Source of the DNA: Candidatus Avispirillum sp.
Lineage (GTDB): Bacteria > Bacillota > Clostridia > Oscillospirales > CAG-272
Length of the DNA stretch: 39,774 bases
NCBI GenBank assembly: GCA_045638055.1
Contig: JAZUAR010000170.1
Coordinates: 1-39,774 of the forward strand
Reading direction: 5' to 3'
Both the position numbers and the translations under genes were made by a program. Position 1 is the stretch's first letter. The number at the start of each line of letters is the position of its first letter. The notes below the pieces were generated by a model that searched no databases, had not been told where the DNA came from, and saw nothing but the letters and a program-made list of their open reading frames with translations. Positions 27,787-35,809 of this stretch are shown here, piece after piece.

Positions 27787-27839
27787 TTTCTCACCGTCCT
27801 TTCGTTTATTAGATTGTAATGAATAGATAACGTTACAAC

Positions 27840-27868
27840 ATTATAGCATATATTTTTGATAAAATCAA
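27840..27868 (-). promoter_or_regulatory. sigmaA promoter of the ECF operon
   Basis: TTGATT-N17-TATAAT with extended -10 TG. Confidence 0.7.
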
Positions 27869-27899
27869 AAAAGCTGCCGCATCTTATGCGACAGCTTTT
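27867..27899 (-). terminator. Intrinsic terminator of the C39 peptidase gene
   Basis: Minus strand AAAAGCTGTCGCAT-aag-ATGCGGCAGCTTTTTT (one G-U pair). Confidence 0.85.
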
Positions 27900-27901
27900 A
27901 A

Positions 27902-28852
27902 TTACTGAATGATGCACGCCTGCTCGTAGACGAGGGCGTGGCTCTTTTCTACGTCCTCCTTGGGATATTCGATAATACCGCGCATGGGGTCACAGAAAAT
28001 ATAGGTGGTATCTGTATATCCTATCAATACAAAGCAATGGGAGTAATTTCTCCAGATGATCTCCTCGCCGTCCTCTGTATAAATCGTTCCGAAAATCTCG
28101 GGATTTTGGTTCATATACATTGTTCCCCAGAAGATAACGGGGGTGCCGCGGGCAACGAATTCCTTATAAGCCTCAAGTCCTCTGCCGCTGACATCGGTCA
28201 CGGCTCTGAATTCTCCGATTGATGCAAAATAATTATCCGCAGTCGTTACGATACAGGGGGCATAGCAGCCTACACCCAGATCTCTCGGGTCGCCAAGATA
28301 TTTATAGAAGGGATTGTCTCCGTTTGAGGAGAAGTATCCGCGGGGCATATGATTGTCGATAAGCTCGTCTGTTGTTACGTCATAGCCAAGGTAATTAAGC
28401 ACCATTGTGAGTGAAACTACCTCGCATCCGTTAGGATAGTTGGGCATCTGAAAAAGGCATTTCACGTCAAGAAGCTCTTTATCGCCGATACCGTGGAGTG
28501 TTCCCGTTTCTCTTCTCTGATTGGCAAGGCATCTGTTACAGTATCTCAGCTCTGAACCTGTTACAGTCATAGTTGCAGGCTTTGTCATGATCCAGTCCTG
28601 CCAGTTATGCTCGCAGTAAAGGTCTCCTCCGCGAATCTCATATCCGTCATGGAAATAATATTTGCTCATATCCTCCGTCGTTTCTGCGACGGTGGTTTCT
28701 TTTTTCGTTTCCTCGGTGGACTGGGGCTTCTTATCTTTTTTGTCAGCCGCTTTACCGAATACAAGTATCGCTCCCACAGCAACGGCCGCAAATATAATTA
28801 CTGCAAGAATTACAGCGATTATTCCGACCTTTGAGCCAAAAATCTTTTTCAA
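27902..28852 (-). CDS. Membrane-anchored C39-like cysteine peptidase
   Basis: N-terminal TM, Thr/Glu linker, QMPNYPNGCEVVSLTMVLNY (catalytic Cys), HCFVLIGY...DP (His/Asp); TTG start with GAGGAG RBS. Confidence 0.85.
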   Translation of the reverse strand: MKKIFGSKVGIIAVILAVIIFAAVAVGAILVFGKAADKKDKKPQSTEETKKETTVAETTEDMSKYYFHDGYEIRGGDLYCEHNWQDWIMTKPATMTVTGSELRYCNRCLANQRRETGTLHGIGDKELLDVKCLFQMPNYPNGCEVVSLTMVLNYLGYDVTTDELIDNHMPRGYFSSNGDNPFYKYLGDPRDLGVGCYAPCIVTTADNYFASIGEFRAVTDVSGRGLEAYKEFVARGTPVIFWGTMYMNQNPEIFGTIYTEDGEEIIWRNYSHCFVLIGYTDTTYIFCDPMRGIIEYPKEDVEKSHALVYEQACIIQ

Positions 28853-28899
28853 TATATACTCCTCTGCCCAAAAGGCAAATTTTTACAAAATTCTATTAC

Positions 28900-28928
28900 A
28901 TTATAGTAAATTCGAGGATGATTGTAAA
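28900..28928 (-). promoter_or_regulatory. sigmaA promoter of the peptidase gene
   Basis: TTTACA-N17-TATAAT. Confidence 0.75.
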
Positions 28929-28945
28929 GAGAAATTTTAAATAAG

Positions 28946-28981
28946 AAAAAAAGCTTGCAGACTTTTGTCTGCAAGCTTTTT
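28946..28981 (-). terminator. Intrinsic terminator of the ABC transporter operon
   Basis: AAAAAGCTTGCAGAC-tttt-GTCTGCAAGCTTTTT. Confidence 0.9.
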
Positions 28982-28982
28982 A

Positions 28983-29978
28983 TTATCTTTCTTCGCGGAA
29001 ATAGTTGAGGCCGAGAGCTGCGGGAAGACCGCTTGAGCCACGCTTATTTCTGATAGATGTTACAATAAGAACGATTGCTGTGATAATAAAAGGAAGTGCC
29101 TGATAAAGCTGTGTGGGAATATCCGCAAGCCAGCCGAGAGCCTCGGGGAATGCGTTTGCAAGGCTTGTTCCGGATGCGCGGAGAGTATTGAAGAAGCCGA
29201 ATACAAATGTTCCGAGAATAGCAAATGCAGGGTTCCAGTTTGCAAAAATAACGAGAGCTACTGCGATCCAACCATAGCCGTTGATCCAACAGCTGGAGTT
29301 GAAGGAGCCGGAAAGGTTGAGGGCCATATAGTAGCCGCCGATACCCATGATTCCGCAGCCGAGGCAGATATGGATATACTTCATAAGCTTTACGTTGATA
29401 CCCACAGAGTCGGCAGCTCCGGGGTTTTCACCTACTGCGCGGAGCTTGAGACCTGTTGAGGTATGCTTGAGATACCACCACGCGCAAACTGCGATAGCGA
29501 TACCGAGATACACGAAGATATTATGGCTGAAGAAACCCTTGCCGATCACGGGGATATCGGAAAGAAGGGGGATGGAGATATCCTCGAAGCCCTTAACGAT
29601 ATTCTCGGAAGCGCTCATCTCGGGCCAGCCCTTTGCCTTGAGGCCGTTACCTACAAAGAAGTAGATACCGAGACCGAAGGTTGTGAGGGTAAGACCTGTG
29701 ATGTTCTGATTTGCCTGGAGAGAAACTGTGAGAACTGCGAAAAGAAGGCCGCAAAGCGCACCCATTACGAATGCGGAGGCGATACCGAGACCGAGGCTGT
29801 TTGCAAAGCAACCGAAGATATATCCGAAAATTGCGCCAACTGCCATTGTACCCTCAACACCGAGGTTAAGGCTTCCCGATTTCTCTACGATTATCTCACC
29901 GACAGTACCGTACAGAAGGGGGATATTATAAATAATGATATTGTGTATAAAGGAAGTTATTACGCCGACCTTATCCAT
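28983..29978 (-). CDS. Nucleoside/simple-sugar ABC transporter permease 2
   Basis: EKSGSLNLGVEG, GLKLRAVGENPGAADSVGINV, GYGWIAVALVIFANWNP, ALPF, PAALG. Confidence 0.92.
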   Translation of the reverse strand: MDKVGVITSFIHNIIIYNIPLLYGTVGEIIVEKSGSLNLGVEGTMAVGAIFGYIFGCFANSLGLGIASAFVMGALCGLLFAVLTVSLQANQNITGLTLTTFGLGIYFFVGNGLKAKGWPEMSASENIVKGFEDISIPLLSDIPVIGKGFFSHNIFVYLGIAIAVCAWWYLKHTSTGLKLRAVGENPGAADSVGINVKLMKYIHICLGCGIMGIGGYYMALNLSGSFNSSCWINGYGWIAVALVIFANWNPAFAILGTFVFGFFNTLRASGTSLANAFPEALGWLADIPTQLYQALPFIITAIVLIVTSIRNKRGSSGLPAALGLNYFREER

Positions 29979-31083
29979 TATTTGATCCTCCTTTCTTAGC
30001 TATAACGATACGGAAACGGATAAAGAAATCTGCAGCAAGTACAAGGAAAAGAATGATTCCCTGGAGCATATTTGCAAAGCTTGAGTCTACCTGACCGAAG
30101 GTTGCCGCAGCAACCACGGAGCCGTGCTGAAGCACGCAGATGAGCATTGAAACAACGAAGATCATTACAGTATTAAGCTGCGAAAGCCATGCAACGATGA
30201 TACCTGTCCAGCCAACGTCACTTGTAATGGCAGAGGAAAGAACGCCTGCAGTACCGACCTTGAATGCCGCTGCGAGACCGATGAGAGCTGCGGAAAGGAA
30301 TACTGTACGGAGAATGATCTTATTAACCTTCATACCCGCATACTTTGCAGTGCCCATGCTATCACCGACAACGCTGATCTCATAGCCGTGCTTTGTATGC
30401 TTGAGGTAGATATAAATAAGTGCGCCGATAACTACTGTGAGAACTACGCAGATATTAAGCTCAAACTTTTCTCCGATGGGAATTGCAAAAAAGGTTGCAA
30501 GATCGGCAAAGCTCTTGAAAACGGGGCGGGCGGAATCCTCGGAGAGGAAGAAGTTCCAGTCTGCCTTTGTTTCTGCAATAAAATACAGGATATAAAGGGC
30601 GATGTAGTTCATCATAAGGGTCATAAGAGTTTCGCTGGTGCCGAATTTAACCTTCAGAGCGCCTGCGATAAGACCGTATGCACCTGCAACGATCATTGCC
30701 GCAAGGCACATAAGAACGAGTGTGAGCCACATGGGAAGAACGGGTCCAAGCTTAAACACGACGAACGCCGCCGCAATGGAGCCTACGATGAACTGACCCT
30801 CACCGCCGATGTTCCAGAATCGCATCTTAAATGCAAGGCTGAGAGCAACGGAGGTAAGAACAAGGGGCACAAACTCCTTGAAATAGTTCATAAAGGTCTT
30901 ATATGCGATACGGTTGCCGACGGTACCCATTGTGAACATCTGATAGTAATATTCAATAGGGTCAACACCGATGGAGAGAAGGACGATAGCGCCGATTCCG
31001 AGAGCCGCAAGAACTGCGAAAAGATAGAAAAGACAACGCTTCCAAAGAGGACAGTTATCTCTTTTTACAATATGGAGACTCAT
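29971..31083 (-). CDS. Nucleoside/simple-sugar ABC transporter permease 1
   Basis: WNIGGEGQF, ETLMTLMMNYIA, GYEISVVGDS...AKYAGM, GWTGIIVAWL. Confidence 0.92.
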   Translation of the reverse strand: MSLHIVKRDNCPLWKRCLFYLFAVLAALGIGAIVLLSIGVDPIEYYYQMFTMGTVGNRIAYKTFMNYFKEFVPLVLTSVALSLAFKMRFWNIGGEGQFIVGSIAAAFVVFKLGPVLPMWLTLVLMCLAAMIVAGAYGLIAGALKVKFGTSETLMTLMMNYIALYILYFIAETKADWNFFLSEDSARPVFKSFADLATFFAIPIGEKFELNICVVLTVVIGALIYIYLKHTKHGYEISVVGDSMGTAKYAGMKVNKIILRTVFLSAALIGLAAAFKVGTAGVLSSAITSDVGWTGIIVAWLSQLNTVMIFVVSMLICVLQHGSVVAAATFGQVDSSFANMLQGIILFLVLAADFFIRFRIVIAKKGGSNNG

Positions 31084-32669
31084 GCTTCTTCATCCTCCTT
31101 GTTTTCAGTTTTGAAGAGGGTATCCTTTGCGATACCTGCAGGCTTGTCCTCATACTTATCTGTGAGGTCAAGAGAGCCTGTCATCATAAGACCAAGCTCC
31201 TCCTTGGAGGTTTTATGCGCATGTACTACGCCCATAACCTTACCGTGGCAAAGAACGAGGATCTTATCACAGAGAGCCATCATAACGTCAAGGTCCTCTC
31301 CTACAAAGAGAATGCCGACGCCTGAGAGCTTCTGCTCATTGAGAATATTATAAATCGCATAGGAGGAGTTGATATCAAGACCTCTTACGGGGTATGCAGT
31401 TACGATAACGTTAGGGCCTGCCTTGATCTCACGACCGAGAAGGACCTTCTGTACGTTACCGCCGGAAAGTCTTCTGACGGGGGTCTCAGTTGAAGGAGTT
31501 ACAACCTCGAGATTATTAATAACCTCCTGTGCCGCTTCCCTGCCTGCCTTTCTGTCTACAAAGGGACCCTTTGCATCACGGTAGTTTTTGAGAAGCATAT
31601 TATCGGTAATTGACATTGAAGGCGCAAGACCCATACCGAGACGGTCCTCGGGGATAAAGGACATAGAGATTCCCTTTTCAAGGATAGCCTTGGGGGAAAG
31701 ACCTACAATATTATCACCCTTATGGATCATCTGACCTGAAACGATGGGACGAAGGCCTGCGATCGCCTCGCAAAGCTCCTTCTGACCGCATCCTGCGATT
31801 CCCGCAACGCCGAGGATCTCTCCGCCTCTGATATAGAAGCTTACGTCGTCGATAGCTACGGCGCCCTCGTCGTTTTTAATCGTAAGATCGCGTACCTCAA
31901 GGAGAGGACGGGTCTTTTCAACTGCGGGACGGTCGATATTAAGGTCAATCTTGCGTCCTACCATCCACTCGGTGAGCTCCTGCTCGTTTGTCTCTGCAGT
32001 ATTAACCGTTGTGATATACTCACCCTTACGAAGGATAGCAACTCTGTCGGAGATCTCAAGCACCTCATTGAGCTTATGGGTGATGATGATAATGGAATGG
32101 CCCTCCTCCTTCATACGGCGAAGGACTGAGAAGAGCTTTTCAATTTCCTGTACTGTAAGAACGGCAGTAGGCTCATCAAGGATGATGGTCTTAGCACCGT
32201 AATAAAGAACCTTGATGATCTCAAGAGTCTGCTTTTCGGAAACTGCCATATTATAGACCTTCTTTTTAGGGTCTATATCAAAGCCGAATTTCTTAGTTAT
32301 CTCCTCGATATCGGAATAACGCTTCTGCTTGAGAACAAAGCCTGCCTTTTCCTTACCCATCCAGATATTATCGGCAGCAGAAAAAACATCAACAAGCTTA
32401 AAATGCTGATGCACCATTCCGATACCAAGCTTTTTGGAATCCTCGGGAGAATTGATGGTGGCCTTCTCACCGTTAACAAAAATACTTCCGCTATCAGGCT
32501 GATAAATACCGGAAAGCATATTCATAAGAGTTGTTTTTCCGCAGCCGTTTTCGCCGAGCAAAGCGAGGATCTCACCCTGACGAACCTTAAGATTAACGCC
32601 GTTGTTTGCAACAACGCTGCCAAAGGTTTTGGTGATATCTCTCATTTCAATAGCGTAATTTTCCGCCAT
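31080..32669 (-). CDS. ABC transporter ATP-binding protein with two fused NBDs (CUT2/nucleoside type)
   Basis: GENGCGKTT, MVHQHFKL, ILDEPTAVL, IITHKL, LSGGNVQK, P.RGLD. Confidence 0.95.
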   Translation of the reverse strand: MAENYAIEMRDITKTFGSVVANNGVNLKVRQGEILALLGENGCGKTTLMNMLSGIYQPDSGSIFVNGEKATINSPEDSKKLGIGMVHQHFKLVDVFSAADNIWMGKEKAGFVLKQKRYSDIEEITKKFGFDIDPKKKVYNMAVSEKQTLEIIKVLYYGAKTIILDEPTAVLTVQEIEKLFSVLRRMKEEGHSIIIITHKLNEVLEISDRVAILRKGEYITTVNTAETNEQELTEWMVGRKIDLNIDRPAVEKTRPLLEVRDLTIKNDEGAVAIDDVSFYIRGGEILGVAGIAGCGQKELCEAIAGLRPIVSGQMIHKGDNIVGLSPKAILEKGISMSFIPEDRLGMGLAPSMSITDNMLLKNYRDAKGPFVDRKAGREAAQEVINNLEVVTPSTETPVRRLSGGNVQKVLLGREIKAGPNVIVTAYPVRGLDINSSYAIYNILNEQKLSGVGILFVGEDLDVMMALCDKILVLCHGKVMGVVHAHKTSKEELGLMMTGSLDLTDKYEDKPAGIAKDTLFKTENKEDEEA

Positions 32670-32716
32670 GAAGCTCCTCCTTAATTCTTATAAGAAAGTA
32701 GATATATTTTAACACA

Positions 32717-32796
32717 TAAGACAGAAAACAAAGGCTTTGTTTTCTGTCTTAAATATTAAAAATCAAATGGACCGGCCGAATATTCCCGACCGGTCC
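32717..32796 (-). terminator. Two intergenic stem-loops between the binding protein and ATPase genes
   Basis: TAAGACAGAAAACAAA-ggc-TTTGTTTTCTGTCTTA (32717-32751) and minus-strand GGACCGGTCG-ggaatatt-CGGCCGGTCC (32769-32796). Confidence 0.6.
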
Positions 32797-32824
32797 GGAT
32801 TTTTTTAAAGCAGTTATTTAAAGC

Positions 32825-34030
32825 TTACGCTTCCTTAACACCTGCAACGAAGTAGTTCATTGTGCCAGTGATAACGCTGTCCTCAACAGAACCCTCACCT
32901 GCAGCAACGATAACGTTACCTGCGTTGTCAACAAGATCAGCATCAGTCTTTGTAACTGTACCGTCTGCCTTAACTGTGAGCTTAACGCCGGAGAATACGT
33001 CCCACTCGCCGTCAACGATGAGCTTACGAACAGCCTCGATTGCCTTATCTGTGCCCTCTACGCAGTTGTCGCTGAGGGGAGATACGTCAACGAACTCTTC
33101 CTTAAGACCGCCGTAGTATGCGGAGGAGCCCATCTCTTCTACGAACTTGTCAGCGCTGCCGCAGTTCATAGCTGCTTCCATAGCTGTTGCATAGTAAACG
33201 TCCCAGTTCCAGATAGCAGCTGTGAGGTGCGCCTTGGGAGCATCTGCTGTCATATCGGAGTTGTAGCCGCAACCGAATACGCCTGCCTTCTCAGCTTCCT
33301 TCTGGGGCTGAGCGGAGTCGCAGTGCTGGCTGATTACGCCACAGTTGTAGGAGTTGATAAGCTCCTTAGCGAATGCAGACTCGTTAACCTCATCTGCCCA
33401 TGCGCCGAGGTTCTTTACGTATACAGTAGCATCGGGGTTAACTGCCTGTACGCCGAGAGCGAAGCCGTTGATACCGGAAGCTGTCTCTGCATACTCAGTG
33501 CCGTATGCTGCAACGTAACCTACGTTGTTGTTACCTGTCTCAAGGCTCTTGAGACCGGCTGCGATACCTGCGAGGTAACGAGCCTGGTAAGCACGGCCGA
33601 AGTAGTTGTTGAAGTTTGTTTCGTTGCTCTTGTAGCCTGTTGCGTGAGAGAAGATAACGTCTGTGTACTCAGCAGCTGCCTCTTCCATAGCATCAATATA
33701 ACCGAAAGAGATACCGAAGATGATGTTTACACCCTTACCAACGAGAGTGTCGATAGCTGCGAGAACCTGCTCCTTGTCCTCGGGTACTTCGTCAACGATG
33801 AAGAGCTGCTTGTCTGTGTCGAGACCGACACACTCCATACCTGTCGTGATACCGTTGTGGTGAGCGAATGTGTAGCCTGCAGTATCGTTCTTAGAGTTGA
33901 TGTAGATAGCGCCAACCTTGAAATCAGCTGCATCTGCATCGTCCTTCTTATCGTTGTCCTTCTTTGCGCCGCATGCAGCGAGAGAAAGGATCATAACAAC
34001 GCAAAGAAGAAGCGCAATGATTCTTTTCAT
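32825..34030 (-). CDS. BMP family ABC transporter substrate-binding lipoprotein (probably nucleosides)
   Basis: Start MKRIIALL with GGAGG RBS, lipobox LAA-C, IFGISFGY, HATGY, YFGRAYQARYLAGIAAG, INGFALG, QHCDS, GYNSDM. The ORF-track extension to 34351 is spurious. Confidence 0.93.
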   Translation of the reverse strand: MKRIIALLLCVVMILSLAACGAKKDNDKKDDADAADFKVGAIYINSKNDTAGYTFAHHNGITTGMECVGLDTDKQLFIVDEVPEDKEQVLAAIDTLVGKGVNIIFGISFGYIDAMEEAAAEYTDVIFSHATGYKSNETNFNNYFGRAYQARYLAGIAAGLKSLETGNNNVGYVAAYGTEYAETASGINGFALGVQAVNPDATVYVKNLGAWADEVNESAFAKELINSYNCGVISQHCDSAQPQKEAEKAGVFGCGYNSDMTADAPKAHLTAAIWNWDVYYATAMEAAMNCGSADKFVEEMGSSAYYGGLKEEFVDVSPLSDNCVEGTDKAIEAVRKLIVDGEWDVFSGVKLTVKADGTVTKTDADLVDNAGNVIVAAGEGSVEDSVITGTMNYFVAGVKEA

Positions 34031-34101
34031 GAGTTTTCCTCCAAAAAATCTTAAGGGATGTTCCCCGTTTTTAGCGGTATAACCTATACCACACACCCTG
34101 T

Positions 34102-34130
34102 ATTTTACCTTATTCATGATAAAAAGACAA
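34102..34130 (-). promoter_or_regulatory. sigmaA promoter of the ABC operon
   Basis: TTGTCT-N17-TAAAAT. Confidence 0.6.
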
Positions 34131-34326
34131 CCCTTTTGCAACAAAAAAATCAAGTATATTTCATAATATGTTAATATTCGGCAGAAACTACAGGGAGAAA
34201 CAGACGTTCCTTTCATGTTATTATCGGTACGGATTGTAAAAGCTTTTTCGTTAATTTCAGAGAAAGGAGAAGAAAAGGCAAAAACGAAATTCTTTTGCAA
34301 GATTAAAACATGAAAGAAGGAAAAAA

Positions 34327-35262
34327 ATGTCAAAACACACTTTAAAAACAAACCGAACGGGACGCCAGCTTCTGATCGAGGGGCTTCACGTAGGTGACAA
34401 CGGATTTCGTGAGTTCACGTTCTTTTTCACCGAGGGCGGTGAGCCATTTTTCCTTCCCGAGGGGAGCATAGCCACCTTATATGCTACCCTTCCCGGAGGC
34501 AGCGTTATCTACGACGTGGCAAGAATTGAGGATGACTCGGTAATTTATGAGCTCAAGGGCGGTACAGAGGAGCCATCAATTACTTCCGGGGCCGGAAAGG
34601 TTGACTGCGAGATTCGCGTAACAGACACCGAGGGTAACGTCATCACGAGCCCGATGTTCTCTTTTATTATCGAAAGTGTAATTCAGGATGATGAAGCTAT
34701 CGAAGCGCAGAACAGTTATTCCGCACTGACAAAGACACTGATTGATGTTCAGAAAGCAAAAGAAGACTGGGAAAAAGCTATTTCTGACACAGAAACGGGC
34801 CTTGCATCAAAGATTGACCGTGTAGACGGCAAGGAAGGCAATGTCGTCGTTTTCGGCAAAAACGGAGCAATTGCCGATGGAAAAGAAAAGCCTGCAAAAA
34901 TCTATATTGTTCCCTATGATACAAGCAAGCAGGGAGAAATTGCTGAGATCGTGGCGGCTATCAAGGCTGATAAGGGCAGCTATGCCGTATATATGGAGGA
35001 TGGAAGCAGAAGAATTCCTGCCTCCGTAATAGTCGCAAGGTCAACAACTATCACGGCAACTCTTCACGATGTTATGTCTTACAGATATAACATAGAGGTG
35101 TCAAACGCCGGAGCGGTCACACTCTCTAAGGAAGTTCTCTACATTTACGATATGGACGAGGTGGAGCATACCGACAAATCTCCTACGGGAGCTGTGATGA
35201 CTTGGTATGTGCAGACATATGTGCAGGAACAGTTGGGGGTGATCGAGAATGGCTCTTACTGA
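34327..35262 (+). CDS. BppU-family phage baseplate upper protein-like
   Basis: N-terminal GDNGFREFTF..TEGGEPF...ATLPGGSVIY...AGKVDCEIRV...ITSPMFSFII...DDEAIEAQNSYSALT fits the BppU N-terminal beta-sandwich plus helix pattern; ends YVQEQLGVIENGSY. Confidence 0.75.
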   Translation: MSKHTLKTNRTGRQLLIEGLHVGDNGFREFTFFFTEGGEPFFLPEGSIATLYATLPGGSVIYDVARIEDDSVIYELKGGTEEPSITSGAGKVDCEIRVTDTEGNVITSPMFSFIIESVIQDDEAIEAQNSYSALTKTLIDVQKAKEDWEKAISDTETGLASKIDRVDGKEGNVVVFGKNGAIADGKEKPAKIYIVPYDTSKQGEIAEIVAAIKADKGSYAVYMEDGSRRIPASVIVARSTTITATLHDVMSYRYNIEVSNAGAVTLSKEVLYIYDMDEVEHTDKSPTGAVMTWYVQTYVQEQLGVIENGSY

Positions 35263-35809
35263 TAAGCTGACAGCTATTGCCGAGGCAATACGAAGCAAGA
35301 CGGGTAAGGCTGCCACAATGACTCTTGACGAGATGCCCACAGAGATCGCAGGCATTGAGACGGGCGGTAGCGAGGACTTGAACGCCATACTGACTGAGCA
35401 GGAGGCGCTGATTGCCGAGCTTGAAGAGGTGCTGAAAGGCAAGGCGGCTGGTGGTGGCGGTGGTGTTGATAACTATGTCAAATTTATTGTAATACCTACA
35501 TCAACAACATCAATCACGATTGAAAATCCTTTAGGTGGTATAGCAAAGTGTTTCACCATTCGCAGATTATCGGATACAGCTCCATCATCACAAAAGGTCT
35601 ATGAGTGTGTTGGAAGCTATAACCCTCCGCTTGGTGCTTTTGAGTTTGCGTCTACCACCACTACGGTAAGATATCCAATTCAACGCACAGACGGCTCTAT
35701 AGGTAATGCAACATTCAAAATAACTGAAGGTGAAATTCAAGTGTATCGTTATAATACCGCAAATACTTGGGACACCACAAGCGAGTATGAGGTGGAGATA
35801 TGGCAATGA
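35249..35809 (+). CDS. Phage tail-fibre-associated protein with N-terminal adapter helices
   Basis: KLTAIAEAIRSKTGKAATMTLDEMPTEIAGIETGG and DLNAILTEQEALIAELEEVLKGKAAGGGG followed by a beta-rich domain; overlaps both neighbours. Confidence 0.6.
   Translation: MALTDKLTAIAEAIRSKTGKAATMTLDEMPTEIAGIETGGSEDLNAILTEQEALIAELEEVLKGKAAGGGGGVDNYVKFIVIPTSTTSITIENPLGGIAKCFTIRRLSDTAPSSQKVYECVGSYNPPLGAFEFASTTTTVRYPIQRTDGSIGNATFKITEGEIQVYRYNTANTWDTTSEYEVEIWQ

Noticed and set aside
30388-34054. Long antisense ORFs (321 aa at 30388, 275 aa at 33227) over the ABC genes, and similar ones at 309-995 and 7187-7828
   Set aside because: Same codon-bias shadow effect; they fully overlap well-supported genes.
34275-34310. 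Forespore sigmaF/sigmaG-like promoter ahead of the phage cassette (GCAAA...GCAAGATTA)
   Set aside because: Spacing is about 2 nt short and the -35 match is weak; not supportable by eye.
34031-34351. 107-aa N-terminal extension of the BMP lipoprotein in the ORF track (likewise the extensions on nusB, the tsaD-like gene and the gene at 38868)
   Set aside because: Internal starts have proper RBSs and signal peptides or family N-termini; the extensions run through promoter regions or neighbouring genes.
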